Sequence record: OR594182
Source: Escherichia phage vB_EcoM_SHAK7854
Reading direction: 5' to 3' (one strand)
Length of the DNA stretch: 39,734 bases
In this document: in pieces, positions 1-8,585 of the stretch
Layout of the letters: each line of letters opens with the position of its first letter
Position numbering within the stretch: position 1 is the stretch's first letter
Translations under genes and position numbers: made by a program
The notes under the pieces: generated by a model
Told to the model about the DNA's origin: nothing
Database searches by the model: none
Seen by the model: only the letters and a program-made list of their open reading frames with translations

Positions 1-1731
1 ATGACTGCACGTATGAAGTCAGACTTCGTGTTCTTCCTGTTCGTCCTGTGGAAAGCTCTGTCGCTCCCAGTCCCGACTCGCTGTCAGATTGACATGGCGA
101 AGAAACTATCGGCTGGGGACAACAGGCGCTTCATCCTACAGGCGTTCCGTGGTATAGGGAAGTCCTTCATTACGTGTGCCTTCGTTGTCTGGAAGCTATG
201 GAACAACCCAGACTTGAAGTTCATGATTGTGTCGGCCTCAAAGGAGCGAGCCGATGCTAACTCCATCTTCATCAAGCGAATCATCGACCTCATGCCTCAG
301 CTTCAGGAACTCAAACCTAAGCAGGGACAGCGAGATGCGGTTATTAGCTTCGACGTGGGACCTGCCAAGCCAGACCACTCACCTTCGGTTAAGTCCGTTG
401 GTATCACTGGTCAGTTGACTGGTAGTCGTGCTGACATCCTGATTGCCGATGACGTGGAGGTTCCGAACAACTCAGCGACTCAGGCTGCACGAGACCGTCT
501 ATCAGAGCTTGTGAAAGAGTTCGACGCTATCCTGAAGCCGGGAGGTACGATCATCTATCTGGGTACTCCTCAGAACGAGATGACCCTGTACCGTGAGCTG
601 GAAGGTCGTGGGTACACCACTACTATCTGGCCCGCTCGTTATCCACGCGACAGGAAGGACTGGCAGTCTTACGGCGACCGTCTGGCTCCTATGCTTCAGG
701 CAGAGCTGGAAGAGGACCCTGAGTCCTTCTACTGGCGTCCGACTGATGAAGTACGCTTCGATGATACGGACCTGAAGGAACGTGAGCTGTCCTACGGTAA
801 AGCTGGCTTCGCTCTACAGTTCATGCTTAACCCGAACCTGAGTGATGCCGAGAAGTACCCTCTTAAGCTCCGTGACCTTATCGTAGCCGACTTGGACCCA
901 GCGTCCAGCCCAATGGTCTACCAATGGTTGCCGAACCCTCAGAACAAGCGTGAGGACGTTCCTAACGTTGGACTCATGGGTGACTCGTACCACACGTATC
1001 AGACTGTAGGTTCTGCCTTCAGCTCATACACCCAGAAGATTCTGGTCATTGACCCTAGTGGTCGTGGTAAGGATGAAACTGGATATGCGGTACTGTACCA
1101 GCTCAACGGCTACATCTTCGCTATGGAAGTTGGTGGCATGCGTGGTGGTTATGAAGACTCTACGCTGGAAGCCTTGGCTAAGATTGGTCGTAAGTGGAGG
1201 GTAAACGAATACGTCATTGAGGGTAACTTCGGTGATGGTATGTACCTTGAGCTATTCAAGCCTGTATCGGCCCGTATCCATCCTGCGGCTGTAACTGAAG
1301 TGAAGAGTAAGGGTCAGAAAGAACTACGCATCTGTGACGTTCTGGAGCCTATCATGGGGTCTCACAGACTTATCGTTAACGCTGCTGCTATCGTCCAAGA
1401 CTACCAGACAGCCTCTGACAAGGATGGTGTTCGTAACCCTATCTACTCTCTATTCTATCAGATGACACGTATCTCTCGTGAGCGTGGAGCCTTGGCACAC
1501 GATGACCGACTTGATGCGCTGGCTATCGGTGTACAGTTCTTCGTTGAGTCGATGGCTAAGGATGCCAACAAAGGCGAACGTGAAGTCACTGAGGAATGGC
1601 TGGAGGAACAGATGGAGAACCCACGGAAAGGCTTCGAGTCCATCCACACTGAGTTCTGGGACAATGGGGTCCGGGTAACTCACGATACGGACGACGAGCT
1701 TGGACTAGGGTCATACGTTACGTTCCACTAG
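1..1731 (+). CDS. DNA packaging terminase large subunit (T7 gp19 family); 5-prime partial at window start, N-terminus supplied by 39702..39734 if the molecule is circular
   Basis: 576-aa ORF, collinear with T7 gp19 from about residue 12 ([55 protein letters not shown]). Confidence 0.93.
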   Translation: MTARMKSDFVFFLFVLWKALSLPVPTRCQIDMAKKLSAGDNRRFILQAFRGIGKSFITCAFVVWKLWNNPDLKFMIVSASKERADANSIFIKRIIDLMPQLQELKPKQGQRDAVISFDVGPAKPDHSPSVKSVGITGQLTGSRADILIADDVEVPNNSATQAARDRLSELVKEFDAILKPGGTIIYLGTPQNEMTLYRELEGRGYTTTIWPARYPRDRKDWQSYGDRLAPMLQAELEEDPESFYWRPTDEVRFDDTDLKERELSYGKAGFALQFMLNPNLSDAEKYPLKLRDLIVADLDPASSPMVYQWLPNPQNKREDVPNVGLMGDSYHTYQTVGSAFSSYTQKILVIDPSGRGKDETGYAVLYQLNGYIFAMEVGGMRGGYEDSTLEALAKIGRKWRVNEYVIEGNFGDGMYLELFKPVSARIHPAAVTEVKSKGQKELRICDVLEPIMGSHRLIVNAAAIVQDYQTASDKDGVRNPIYSLFYQMTRISRERGALAHDDRLDALAIGVQFFVESMAKDANKGEREVTEEWLEEQMENPRKGFESIHTEFWDNGVRVTHDTDDELGLGSYVTFH

Positions 1732-1825
1732 CTGAATGAATAACTATAGGTGAAAGCTGCATGAATAAGCAGTTAGTAACCTATAGTTACTACCAGTCTA
1801 ACATACTGTTTTACAAGGAGTTTGG

Positions 1826-1848
1826 ACTTAACTATCACTATAGGGAAG
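1826..1848 (+). promoter_or_regulatory. phage RNAP promoter (phiOR-like, downstream of gene 19)
   Basis: ACTTAACTATCACTATAGGGAAG; core CACTATAGGGA identical to T7 class III -8..+3. Confidence 0.7.
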
Positions 1849-2028
1849 ACCCCCGGTTACTTATAGTATTACTGTAGTGAATATACATATGCAGACTTTA
1901 TGCAAGGCCTTAGGAGGCAGACTCCGAGTTCTTACCTAAGTCTTGCACCGATGGAAGGAGGGTGATATTAATCATAATCCCTCCAATACAGATAGTCACC
2001 GACCATAGATACAGGAGGTATGTAGCAT

Positions 2029-2187
2029 ATGGCAAAGACCAAAGCTGTACTTAAAGCTCTGGCGACCAATCGAGCTACATACAGGTTTCTTGCTGCTGTT
2101 CTACTTGCTGCTGGCGCTACTGCTGGAAGTCAGTGGGTCGGGTGGGTCGAGACTCTCGTATGTTCTCTGGTCTCTCAGTGTAATTAA
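2029..2187 (+). CDS. hypothetical small hydrophobic protein (52 aa) in the gene 19.5 position
   Basis: ATG with AGGAGG 10 nt upstream; below the ORF-track size cutoff; no homology recognised. Confidence 0.3.
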   Translation: MAKTKAVLKALATNRATYRFLAAVLLAAGATAGSQWVGWVETLVCSLVSQCN

Positions 2188-2344
2188 CGCCGTAATGGTA
2201 ACAATCAACGAAAGCAAGACCTAAGGTCAGTTCATAGCTGACGCTACTCTACTGACCTTAGCTACTGTAGTCAAGGACTTTAGGTAACACCTTAATAGAA
2301 GCTCACTTAGGGTCATCCTACTTATTGGTCTATCCTAGTGTCGC

Positions 2345-2390
2345 CTGACCTACGGTCCTTGACCTACAGTGGCTGTGGCCTACAGTAGTG
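2345..2390. repeat. short ACCTAC(A/G)GT direct repeats on the left flank of the terminal repeat
   Basis: three copies of ACCTACAGT-like motif; analogous to the CCTAAAG arrays next to the T7 terminal repeat. Confidence 0.55.
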
Positions 2391-2423
2391 ACGATGAGTT
2401 TTGGACCAAAAGTTTGAGACCAC

Positions 2424-2606
2424 ATCTCACACTTCAAGAACCTCAAGTCTCCCCATAGGCCTCTTTCAGTCCAGACCAAAGGCCCTACCCCAGTCTATCA
2501 TAAGGTTGGACCGATGGTCAAGACTTCAGGTCAACGATAGGCTGAGGCTATGGCTTAGGGAAGGACGATAGGTTGGGACTATTGGTCTGCCTCTGAGTCC
2601 CTATCT
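2424..2606. repeat. direct terminal repeat, copy 1 (183 bp; right genome end)
   Basis: exact tandem duplicate of 2607..2789; begins ATCTCACAC and ends GTCCCTATCT, resembling the T7 terminal repeat termini. Confidence 0.8.
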
Positions 2607-2789
2607 ATCTCACACTTCAAGAACCTCAAGTCTCCCCATAGGCCTCTTTCAGTCCAGACCAAAGGCCCTACCCCAGTCTATCATAAGGTTGGACCGATGG
2701 TCAAGACTTCAGGTCAACGATAGGCTGAGGCTATGGCTTAGGGAAGGACGATAGGTTGGGACTATTGGTCTGCCTCTGAGTCCCTATCT
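2607..2789. repeat. direct terminal repeat, copy 2 (183 bp; left genome end)
   Basis: identical to 2424..2606 by direct reading. Confidence 0.8.
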
Positions 2790-2814
2790 GTATAGTGATA
2801 TAGTATAACATTAC

Positions 2815-2940
2815 GTCCTACACCTACAGTCTAACTAACCTACAGTCATTGACTCCTGCTGTACCTACAGTCACCGACCATCGGTAAAGCCATTACCTAC
2901 AGTCAAAGACCTACAGTCAAAGACCTACAGTCTAACGACA
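2815..2940. repeat. array of about six ACCTACAGTC short direct repeats on the right flank of the terminal repeat
   Basis: CCTACAGTC recurs at about 2823, 2838, 2863, 2895, 2910, 2925. Confidence 0.6.
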
Positions 2941-3043
2941 CAAAGCTATAGACTTAAGGTCTAATACATGTTAGTCAAAGACTATATCCTCTTAGTCACT
3001 ATGGGCCGACGATAGCTTAATCAATATTATTTAAGATTACCTA

Positions 3044-3072
3044 TTGACTACAGGTCCAGACTATGGCTTAAT
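3044..3072 (+). promoter_or_regulatory. candidate host sigma70 early promoter (T7 A1-like position)
   Basis: TTGACT, 17-nt spacer, CTTAAT; surrounding sequence resembles the T7 A1 region. Confidence 0.4.
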
Positions 3073-3184
3073 AGCTTCCGTCAACACGACACGGCAACAA
3101 CCGGATAGTGAAGACGCCGGGTCATCCCGGTTAAGTAGACAGCCTGATAAGTCATACGAACAACAGGCAGATGACAGAAAGTAG

Positions 3185-3214
3185 TTGACAAGATGTACCG
3201 ACTTAAAGTAGTAT
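3185..3214 (+). promoter_or_regulatory. candidate host sigma70 early promoter (T7 A2/A3-like)
   Basis: TTGACA, 18-nt spacer, TAGTAT, followed by GTACCACAT as at T7 A3. Confidence 0.5.
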
Positions 3215-3341
3215 GTACCACATCAACACGAAACAACGGTGACGACCAACACTGAAACGGTCTACCTGAAGTCCTCTGACTGAAGGGAATGCTCTTTAAC
3301 AATCTGGATAAACTCTTAATGTGCGCCGACAGTGATTAACT

Positions 3342-3390
3342 ACAGGGTCTTTGAGTCTACATCTGAAGGCCCTGACTGATAGCCACTAAC
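3342..3390 (+). repeat. early intergenic hairpin element type A, copy 1 (candidate RNase III site)
   Basis: GTGATTAACTACAGG...CCTGACTGATAG element with internal inverted repeat; precedes ORF 3398. Confidence 0.5.
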
Positions 3391-3397
3391 TTAACGG

Positions 3398-3652
3398 ATG
3401 GACACTATGAAACACTTAAGCACAATCACTAATCGCAATGAAGTATTCGTGAACACTAAAGGTTATGCGTGGATTCAGCTTAAAGAGATGAGAGGAGCGC
3501 GTCACCGTGTGGTAGTTCGCAAGGTATCAAGCAAGCCGTTCAGCAACTACAGCGTAGATACTATGCGTATAGACAACGAGACTTACCTGATAGACTCGCA
3601 GATAACCGTGCGTCCTACAGCGGGCATCTCAGCTCCTTATTTCGCTAACTGA
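3398..3652 (+). CDS. hypothetical early protein (84 aa)
   Basis: first ORF of the early region, downstream of the candidate host promoters; no homology recognised. Confidence 0.55.
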   Translation: MDTMKHLSTITNRNEVFVNTKGYAWIQLKEMRGARHRVVVRKVSSKPFSNYSVDTMRIDNETYLIDSQITVRPTAGISAPYFAN

Positions 3653-3654
3653 GG

Positions 3655-3705
3655 GTGATTAACTACAGGTCGTTAGACTGATAGCGGCCTGACTGATAGT
3701 CACTA
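3655..3705 (+). repeat. early intergenic hairpin element type A, copy 2
   Basis: GTGATTAACTACAGGTCGTTAGACTGATAGCGGCCTGACTGATAGTCACTA; CAGGTC/GGCCTG stem. Confidence 0.55.
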
Positions 3706-3725
3706 GCAACCTAAGAGGATTCATT

Positions 3726-4004
3726 ATGAGACTGAACAAAGCTACAGCAGAAGCCTTTCGCAAGGAGCTTGAATCAAGATTATTGTGTGGAGTGGCGGAA
3801 GGAGCCGCTCGATATAAAGAGAATGGTCTAACGTTCAAGCGCTTTATGTGGGATTGCTATCACGGAGTGGGCCATAAAAAGTCGCAGGAAATAATCACCA
3901 GCAACAATGCGGAAGTGCAAGTGATAGGAGGATACATGGCTAACGTGAAGGATTCACACATAGAGACAATGCTTAAGAATGCACTTAAAGATGTAGCCTA
4001 CTAG
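3726..4004 (+). CDS. hypothetical early protein (92 aa)
   Basis: ORF with AGAGGA RBS 7 nt upstream. Confidence 0.6.
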   Translation: MRLNKATAEAFRKELESRLLCGVAEGAARYKENGLTFKRFMWDCYHGVGHKKSQEIITSNNAEVQVIGGYMANVKDSHIETMLKNALKDVAY

Positions 4005-4054
4005 TGATTAACTACAGGTCGTTAGACTGATAGCGGCCTGACTGATAGTCACTA
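4004..4054 (+). repeat. early intergenic hairpin element type A, copy 3
   Basis: identical to copy 2 over about 50 bp. Confidence 0.55.
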
Positions 4055-4084
4055 ACACATAATTAACTTTGAGAGGATATAACT

Positions 4085-4588
4085 ATGGAACGTAATGCTA
4101 ACGCATACTATGAGCTGCTGGCTGCAACCGTTGAGGCATTTATCGAGCGTATTCAGTACGACCACCTGACTCAAGATGATGACTACAGCGATGCGCTGCA
4201 TGAGGTCGTAGACGGTCAGGTTCCACACTATTACCACGAGATTTTTACGGTGATGGCTGCTGATGGTATAGACCACGAGTTCGAAGACTCTGGGCTGATG
4301 CCTGAAACCAAGGACGTAACGCGTATCCTACAAGCTCGCATCTATGAGGCGCTTTATAACGATGTGTCTAATAGCTTGGATGTAGTCTGGTTTGAGGATG
4401 AAGAGGCAGAAGAAGAGGATGAATATTGGGTAGTTGACGCTAAAACAGGCGCAATAATTGTGCAAGCTGTAGCTCTTGAGGTCGCTACTGCATGTGCCAA
4501 TGTTAACTATGCGGCAGGTCGCCACCTGAAGGTGGAAGACATCAATGATAACGTAGTGTTCGACCCTGCGGCTGAGGACTGCGAGTGA
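4085..4588 (+). CDS. ocr: Ocr-like DNA-mimic anti-restriction protein (T7 gp0.3 homolog) with about 50-aa C-terminal extension
   Basis: [43 protein letters not shown] matches T7 Ocr; acidic tail present; 167 aa versus 117 aa in T7. Confidence 0.85.
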   Translation: MERNANAYYELLAATVEAFIERIQYDHLTQDDDYSDALHEVVDGQVPHYYHEIFTVMAADGIDHEFEDSGLMPETKDVTRILQARIYEALYNDVSNSLDVVWFEDEEAEEEDEYWVVDAKTGAIIVQAVALEVATACANVNYAAGRHLKVEDINDNVVFDPAAEDCE

Positions 4589-4733
4589 TGGTAACTTATG
4601 GCCTCTGCCAGCACCACGTCACTAACGCCCGGCTTATGGTCAAGACCGGGCAGTTAGACCACGATTGGGCTATGCGTCTCTTGAAAGTGGTCTACAGGAG
4701 ACGCAAGCGTATACACGACAGTTTACACGCTAA

Positions 4734-4782
4734 GTGACAGACTACAGGTCATCAATGCTGGTGGCCTGACTGATAGTCATTA
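4734..4782 (+). repeat. early intergenic hairpin element type A, copy 4
   Basis: GTGACAGACTACAGGTCATCAATGCTGGTGGCCTGACTGATAGTCATTAAC. Confidence 0.5.
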
Positions 4783-4800
4783 ACAACTGAGAGGGAAGAT

Positions 4801-5028
4801 ATGAACACAATCACTGGTGCCATAACCAAAGGTTTTCGAGCAATTTTCGGTGAAACGCAAGAAGTATGCACCAATCATAAATTCGTACTTTCTTGCGTAG
4901 CAGGTGACGAGTTTGACGGGTTCGATAAACTGGTGGTTTGCGACCATTGCGGACAAGAGGCTATCCAACACTCAAACGGTAAATTTGAATTAATAGACGA
5001 TAGCCTTACAGAAGGAGACGGCGAGTAA
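4801..5028 (+). CDS. hypothetical early protein (75 aa) with four cysteines and acidic C-terminus
   Basis: GAGAGGGAAG RBS; C-x8-C...C-x2-C spacing suggests a small zinc-binding fold. Confidence 0.55.
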   Translation: MNTITGAITKGFRAIFGETQEVCTNHKFVLSCVAGDEFDGFDKLVVCDHCGQEAIQHSNGKFELIDDSLTEGDGE

Positions 5029-5092
5029 CCTAAATAAGCAGGAGAGAACCAAATCATAGCTTGACCATAACACTGACGTGATGGTACTGAGT

Positions 5093-5135
5093 GATAGACG
5101 AGAGGTCATCGACTGATAGGTGGCCTCAAAGATTA
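5093..5135 (+). repeat. early intergenic hairpin element type A, divergent copy 5
   Basis: GAGGTCATCGACTGATAGGTGGCCTC retains the AGGTC/GGCCT stem. Confidence 0.4.
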
Positions 5136-5160
5136 CCACTTACATTGATAGGAGTTAACT

Positions 5161-5265
5161 ATGAGCACTGCAATCATCTGGACTATCTCAGGCTTCGTAG
5201 CGTGGGGAATGTTTACTCTAGTCTGCAAACTACCGGTCCTTACTCAACTGTTATGGGGCTTATGA
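5161..5265 (+). CDS. hypothetical small hydrophobic peptide (34 aa)
   Basis: GGAG RBS; MSTAIIWTISGFVAWGMFTLVCKLPVLTQLLWGL; stop overlaps next ATG (ATGA). Confidence 0.3.
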   Translation: MSTAIIWTISGFVAWGMFTLVCKLPVLTQLLWGL

Positions 5266-5465
5266 CTATGAGTATCGCACTATTGATAGCCATAGGCTAT
5301 GGACTTATCGCCTACGTGCTGGTGAGAGACATCAACAAGGCACGTAAAGTCTATAAATTCAACTATGTACGTATGGTCCGCTGGACTGTACGTCAACCTA
5401 ACGGACGATTCCTGCGCAATTTAGCGAACGTCTGGGATATAGCAACTCTTGGGAGCAAACTGTAA
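5262..5465 (+). CDS. hypothetical early membrane protein (68 aa)
   Basis: internal Met of ORF-track 5091..5465 chosen as start; N-terminal hydrophobic helix then basic tail. Confidence 0.4.
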   Translation: MTMSIALLIAIGYGLIAYVLVRDINKARKVYKFNYVRMVRWTVRQPNGRFLRNLANVWDIATLGSKL

Positions 5466-5791
5466 TGAACAAGTCATACGGGATTAATCTGGTACACTCT
5501 ATGGACGCAGAAATGAACATGTTAAGCCTACTGGCTACCGGGTATCGTCACGGAACGTCAAGTCACACCGCACGTCAACAGCAGGAGCGGGACCGTGTAC
5601 TACAGGCGCGACTCCGGGCAGAGGGCCATAAGTCCGAACTGATGTGTCTGGCGTATGGCGGACGACCGATCACTGACGATGGTAAACTTCTGGTATCAGG
5701 CTGGAAGGCGATAGACCAACGGTCAACCATCAAGCACACGACTCATGGTGACTTCAGTCATCTTCACGCTAACCCACTGATATGCAAGTGA
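5465..5791 (+). CDS. hypothetical early protein (108 aa)
   Basis: TAATG coupling to upstream ORF; occupies the T7 0.7 position but is far too short to be the kinase. Confidence 0.5.
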   Translation: MNKSYGINLVHSMDAEMNMLSLLATGYRHGTSSHTARQQQERDRVLQARLRAEGHKSELMCLAYGGRPITDDGKLLVSGWKAIDQRSTIKHTTHGDFSHLHANPLICK

Positions 5792-5796
5792 TTCTG

Positions 5797-5819
5797 ACTT
5801 AACTATCACTATAGGACTC
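5797..5819 (+). promoter_or_regulatory. phage RNAP promoter immediately upstream of the RNAP gene
   Basis: CTTAACTATCACTATAGGACTCA; +1 GGA. Confidence 0.6.
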
Positions 5820-5888
5820 AAGGTCTAAGACTCCAAGTGAAAGACCAAAGAGACTTTAAGTGAAAGACTAATAACAAGGACTTTAAGT

Positions 5889-8570
5889 ATGAGCGTCATC
5901 TCTATTGACAAACACGACTTCTCTGATGTGTCGAACGCCATTGAGCCGTTTAACCTGCTGGCTGACCACTACGGGCAAGACCTTGCAGTCAAACAGCTTC
6001 AGCTTGAGCATGAGGCCTACACTGAAGGTGAGCGACGTTTCATCAAGAACCTTGAGCGTCAGACCGAGCGAGGGGAACTGGCAGACAATCAGGTCGCCAA
6101 GCCTTTGATGCAGACTCTGGTTCCTAAGATTGCGCAAGCCGTCAAGGAGTGGCACGAAGGTCCAGACGGGAAGCTGTCAACCTCACGTCCGAGCGTAGCG
6201 TTCACCATGTTAAGCACTGAAGAGAAGGCCGTCAAGGACCGCTCTCTTCGCATCTCCTGCGAGTCTGCTGCGGTTATCATACTGAAGGTCATCCTCTCCA
6301 AGCTGGTCAAGCCTGAAGGTATACCGATTACACCGATGGCCTCCGCGATAGGTCGCACACTTGAGGATGAAATCCGATTCGGTCGCATTCGTGACAAGGA
6401 GAAGGAGCACTTCAAGAAGGCGATAGCTGATAACCTGAACAAGAGAGCCGGGGCATCATACAAGAAAGCCTACATGCAAGCGGTCGAGACATCCATGCTG
6501 GAGCAAGGCCAACTAGAAGATGCGTGGGGAACTTGGAGTCCGACCGAGGCTGTCCACGTTGGAATCAAGATGCTGGAGATTGTCATACAGTCAACACAAC
6601 TGGTCGAGCTTAAGCGTTACGGTGCTGGCAATGCAGCGGCTGACGTTGAGATGGTCCACCTGTCAGACTTCTGGGTCAAGAAGATGGCACAACGAGGATT
6701 CAGCCTTGCGGGTATCGCCCCAGTCTACCAGCCTTGCGTCGTTCCACCTAAGCCGTGGACTGGTGTCGTAGGTGGTGGGTACTGGGCCAAAGGTCGCAGA
6801 CCGTTACCATTGATTCGCTTAGGGTCTAAGTCTGCGGTAGCACGTTATGAAGACGTATACATGCCTGAAGTCTATGACGCTGTGAATATCATCCAGAATA
6901 CACCTTGGAAAGTGAACAAGAAGGTATTGGACGTGGTGAACAAGGTCGAGAAGCTGAACAACACGCCTATTGATGACATCCCTCAGATGGAACCGCTGAA
7001 GCCTGAGGACTATGCGGGTGAGACTGAAGAAGAACTCAAGGCATGGAAGAAGGCTGCTGCTGGTATCTATCGCCGCGAGAAGGCCAGACAGTCACGAAGA
7101 TTGTCACTGAGCTTTATCGTCAACCAAGCGAACAAGTTCTCTCAGTTCAAGGCCATCTGGTTCCCGTATAACATGGACTGGCGCGGTCGCGTCTACGCTG
7201 TGCCGATGTTCAACCCTCAGGGTAACGACATGCAAAAGGGTCTTCTGACTCTGGCAGTCGGTAAGCCTATTGGTGCTGATGGTTTCAAATGGCTGAAGGT
7301 CCACGGTGCAAACTGCGCGGGTGTCGATAAAGTCACCTTCGAGGAGCGTATCAAGTGGGTGGAAGATAACCACGACAACATCATGGCTGCTGCCAAGGCA
7401 CCGATGGATAGCATTGAGTGGTGGGGCAAGTTAGACTCTCCGTTCTGCTTCCTAGCGTTCTGCTTCGAGTATGCTGGCGTAATGCACCACGGCTTGTCTT
7501 ACTCCTGCTCGCTGCCGATAGCGTTCGATGGGTCCTGCTCTGGGATTCAGCACTTCAGCGCTATGCTTCGCGACCACATCGGTGGACATGCAGTAAACCT
7601 GACGCCATCCGGTAAGGTCCAAGACATCTACCGCATCGTGTCTGACCGCATTGAGGAGGAGCTTAAAGTCCTACTGGTTAACGGTACGGACAACGAGATG
7701 GTAACTCACGAGGACAAGAAAACTGGTGAGATTACCGAGCGTCTCAAGCTGGGGACACGAGAGCTTGCCCGTCAGTGGCTGACCTACGGTATGTCACGAA
7801 AGGTCACTAAGCGTTCGGTCATGACTCTGGCCTACGGGTCGAAAGAGTACGGCTTCGCAGACCAAGTTTACGAGGACATCGTGATGCCAGCGATTGACTC
7901 AGGGTCTGGCGCTATGTTCACTGAACCAAGCCAAGCATCTCGCTTCATGGCTAAGATGATTTGGGAAGCTGTGAGTGTGACCGTAGTTGCTGCGGTTGAC
8001 GCGATGAAATGGCTTCAGGGTGCTGCCAAGCTGCTTGCTGCTGAAGTGAAGGACAAGAAGACTGGAGAAATCCTGAAGCCTTGTCTTCCGGTACACTGGG
8101 TCACACCTGATGGTTTCCCTGTCTGGCAGGAATACCGCAAGAAGGACACCACTCGTCTGAACCTGATGTTCTTAGGGTCATTCAACCTTCAGCCTACCGT
8201 CAACAAAGGCACGAAGAAAGAGCTGGACAAGCACAAGCAGGAGTCAGGCATTAGCCCGAACTTCGTCCACTCACAAGATGGTAGCCACCTCCGCAAGACT
8301 GTAGTCCACACTCACCGAAAGTATGGCGTGATGTCATTCGCAGTGATTCACGATAGCTTCGGGACCATCCCGGCTGACGCTGAGTATCTGTTCCGTGGAG
8401 TCCGTGAGACGATGGTAGAGACTTACCGCGATAACGATGTGCTGCTTGACTTCTACGAGCAGTTTGAATACCAGCTTCATGAAAGTCAGCGCGACAAGTT
8501 GCCTGAGCTTCCGAAGAAAGGTAAACTAAATATCGAAGACATCTTGTCTTCAGACTTTGCATTCGCTTAA
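5889..8570 (+). CDS. single-subunit DNA-directed RNA polymerase (T7 gp1 family)
   Basis: 893 aa, collinear with T7 RNAP (PFNLLADHYG, WFPYNMDWRGRVYAV, SPFCFLAFCFEYAG, AFDGSCSGIQHFSAMLRD, HDSFGTIPADA, C-terminal FAFA). Confidence 0.97.
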   Translation: MSVISIDKHDFSDVSNAIEPFNLLADHYGQDLAVKQLQLEHEAYTEGERRFIKNLERQTERGELADNQVAKPLMQTLVPKIAQAVKEWHEGPDGKLSTSRPSVAFTMLSTEEKAVKDRSLRISCESAAVIILKVILSKLVKPEGIPITPMASAIGRTLEDEIRFGRIRDKEKEHFKKAIADNLNKRAGASYKKAYMQAVETSMLEQGQLEDAWGTWSPTEAVHVGIKMLEIVIQSTQLVELKRYGAGNAAADVEMVHLSDFWVKKMAQRGFSLAGIAPVYQPCVVPPKPWTGVVGGGYWAKGRRPLPLIRLGSKSAVARYEDVYMPEVYDAVNIIQNTPWKVNKKVLDVVNKVEKLNNTPIDDIPQMEPLKPEDYAGETEEELKAWKKAAAGIYRREKARQSRRLSLSFIVNQANKFSQFKAIWFPYNMDWRGRVYAVPMFNPQGNDMQKGLLTLAVGKPIGADGFKWLKVHGANCAGVDKVTFEERIKWVEDNHDNIMAAAKAPMDSIEWWGKLDSPFCFLAFCFEYAGVMHHGLSYSCSLPIAFDGSCSGIQHFSAMLRDHIGGHAVNLTPSGKVQDIYRIVSDRIEEELKVLLVNGTDNEMVTHEDKKTGEITERLKLGTRELARQWLTYGMSRKVTKRSVMTLAYGSKEYGFADQVYEDIVMPAIDSGSGAMFTEPSQASRFMAKMIWEAVSVTVVAAVDAMKWLQGAAKLLAAEVKDKKTGEILKPCLPVHWVTPDGFPVWQEYRKKDTTRLNLMFLGSFNLQPTVNKGTKKELDKHKQESGISPNFVHSQDGSHLRKTVVHTHRKYGVMSFAVIHDSFGTIPADAEYLFRGVRETMVETYRDNDVLLDFYEQFEYQLHESQRDKLPELPKKGKLNIEDILSSDFAFA

Positions 8571-8585
8571 CAGGAGGAGAAGTAT

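Noticed and set aside
2424-2789. CRISPR array
   Set aside because: Only two copies of a long 183-bp unit with no spacers; explained as terminal repeats.
2790-2815. Minus-strand promoter-like TATCACTATAC (reverse complement of GTATAGTGATA)
   Set aside because: No GGG initiation triplet and no gene on the minus strand.
2980-3005. Promoter-like TTAGTCACTATGGGCC in the phiOL position
   Set aside because: Lacks one base of the CACTATAGGG core and the upstream consensus; at most a degenerate promoter.
3342-4054. Type A elements as sigma70 promoters rather than RNA hairpins
   Set aside because: TTAGAC and GATAGT hexamers are weak matches; position between every early gene and the internal inverted repeat fit RNase III-type processing sites better, but a promoter role is not excluded.
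5091-5160. ORF-track 5091..5465 as a single 124-aa protein
   Set aside because: N-terminal 57 residues have no RBS and cover the type A hairpin; better explained by two short coupled genes.
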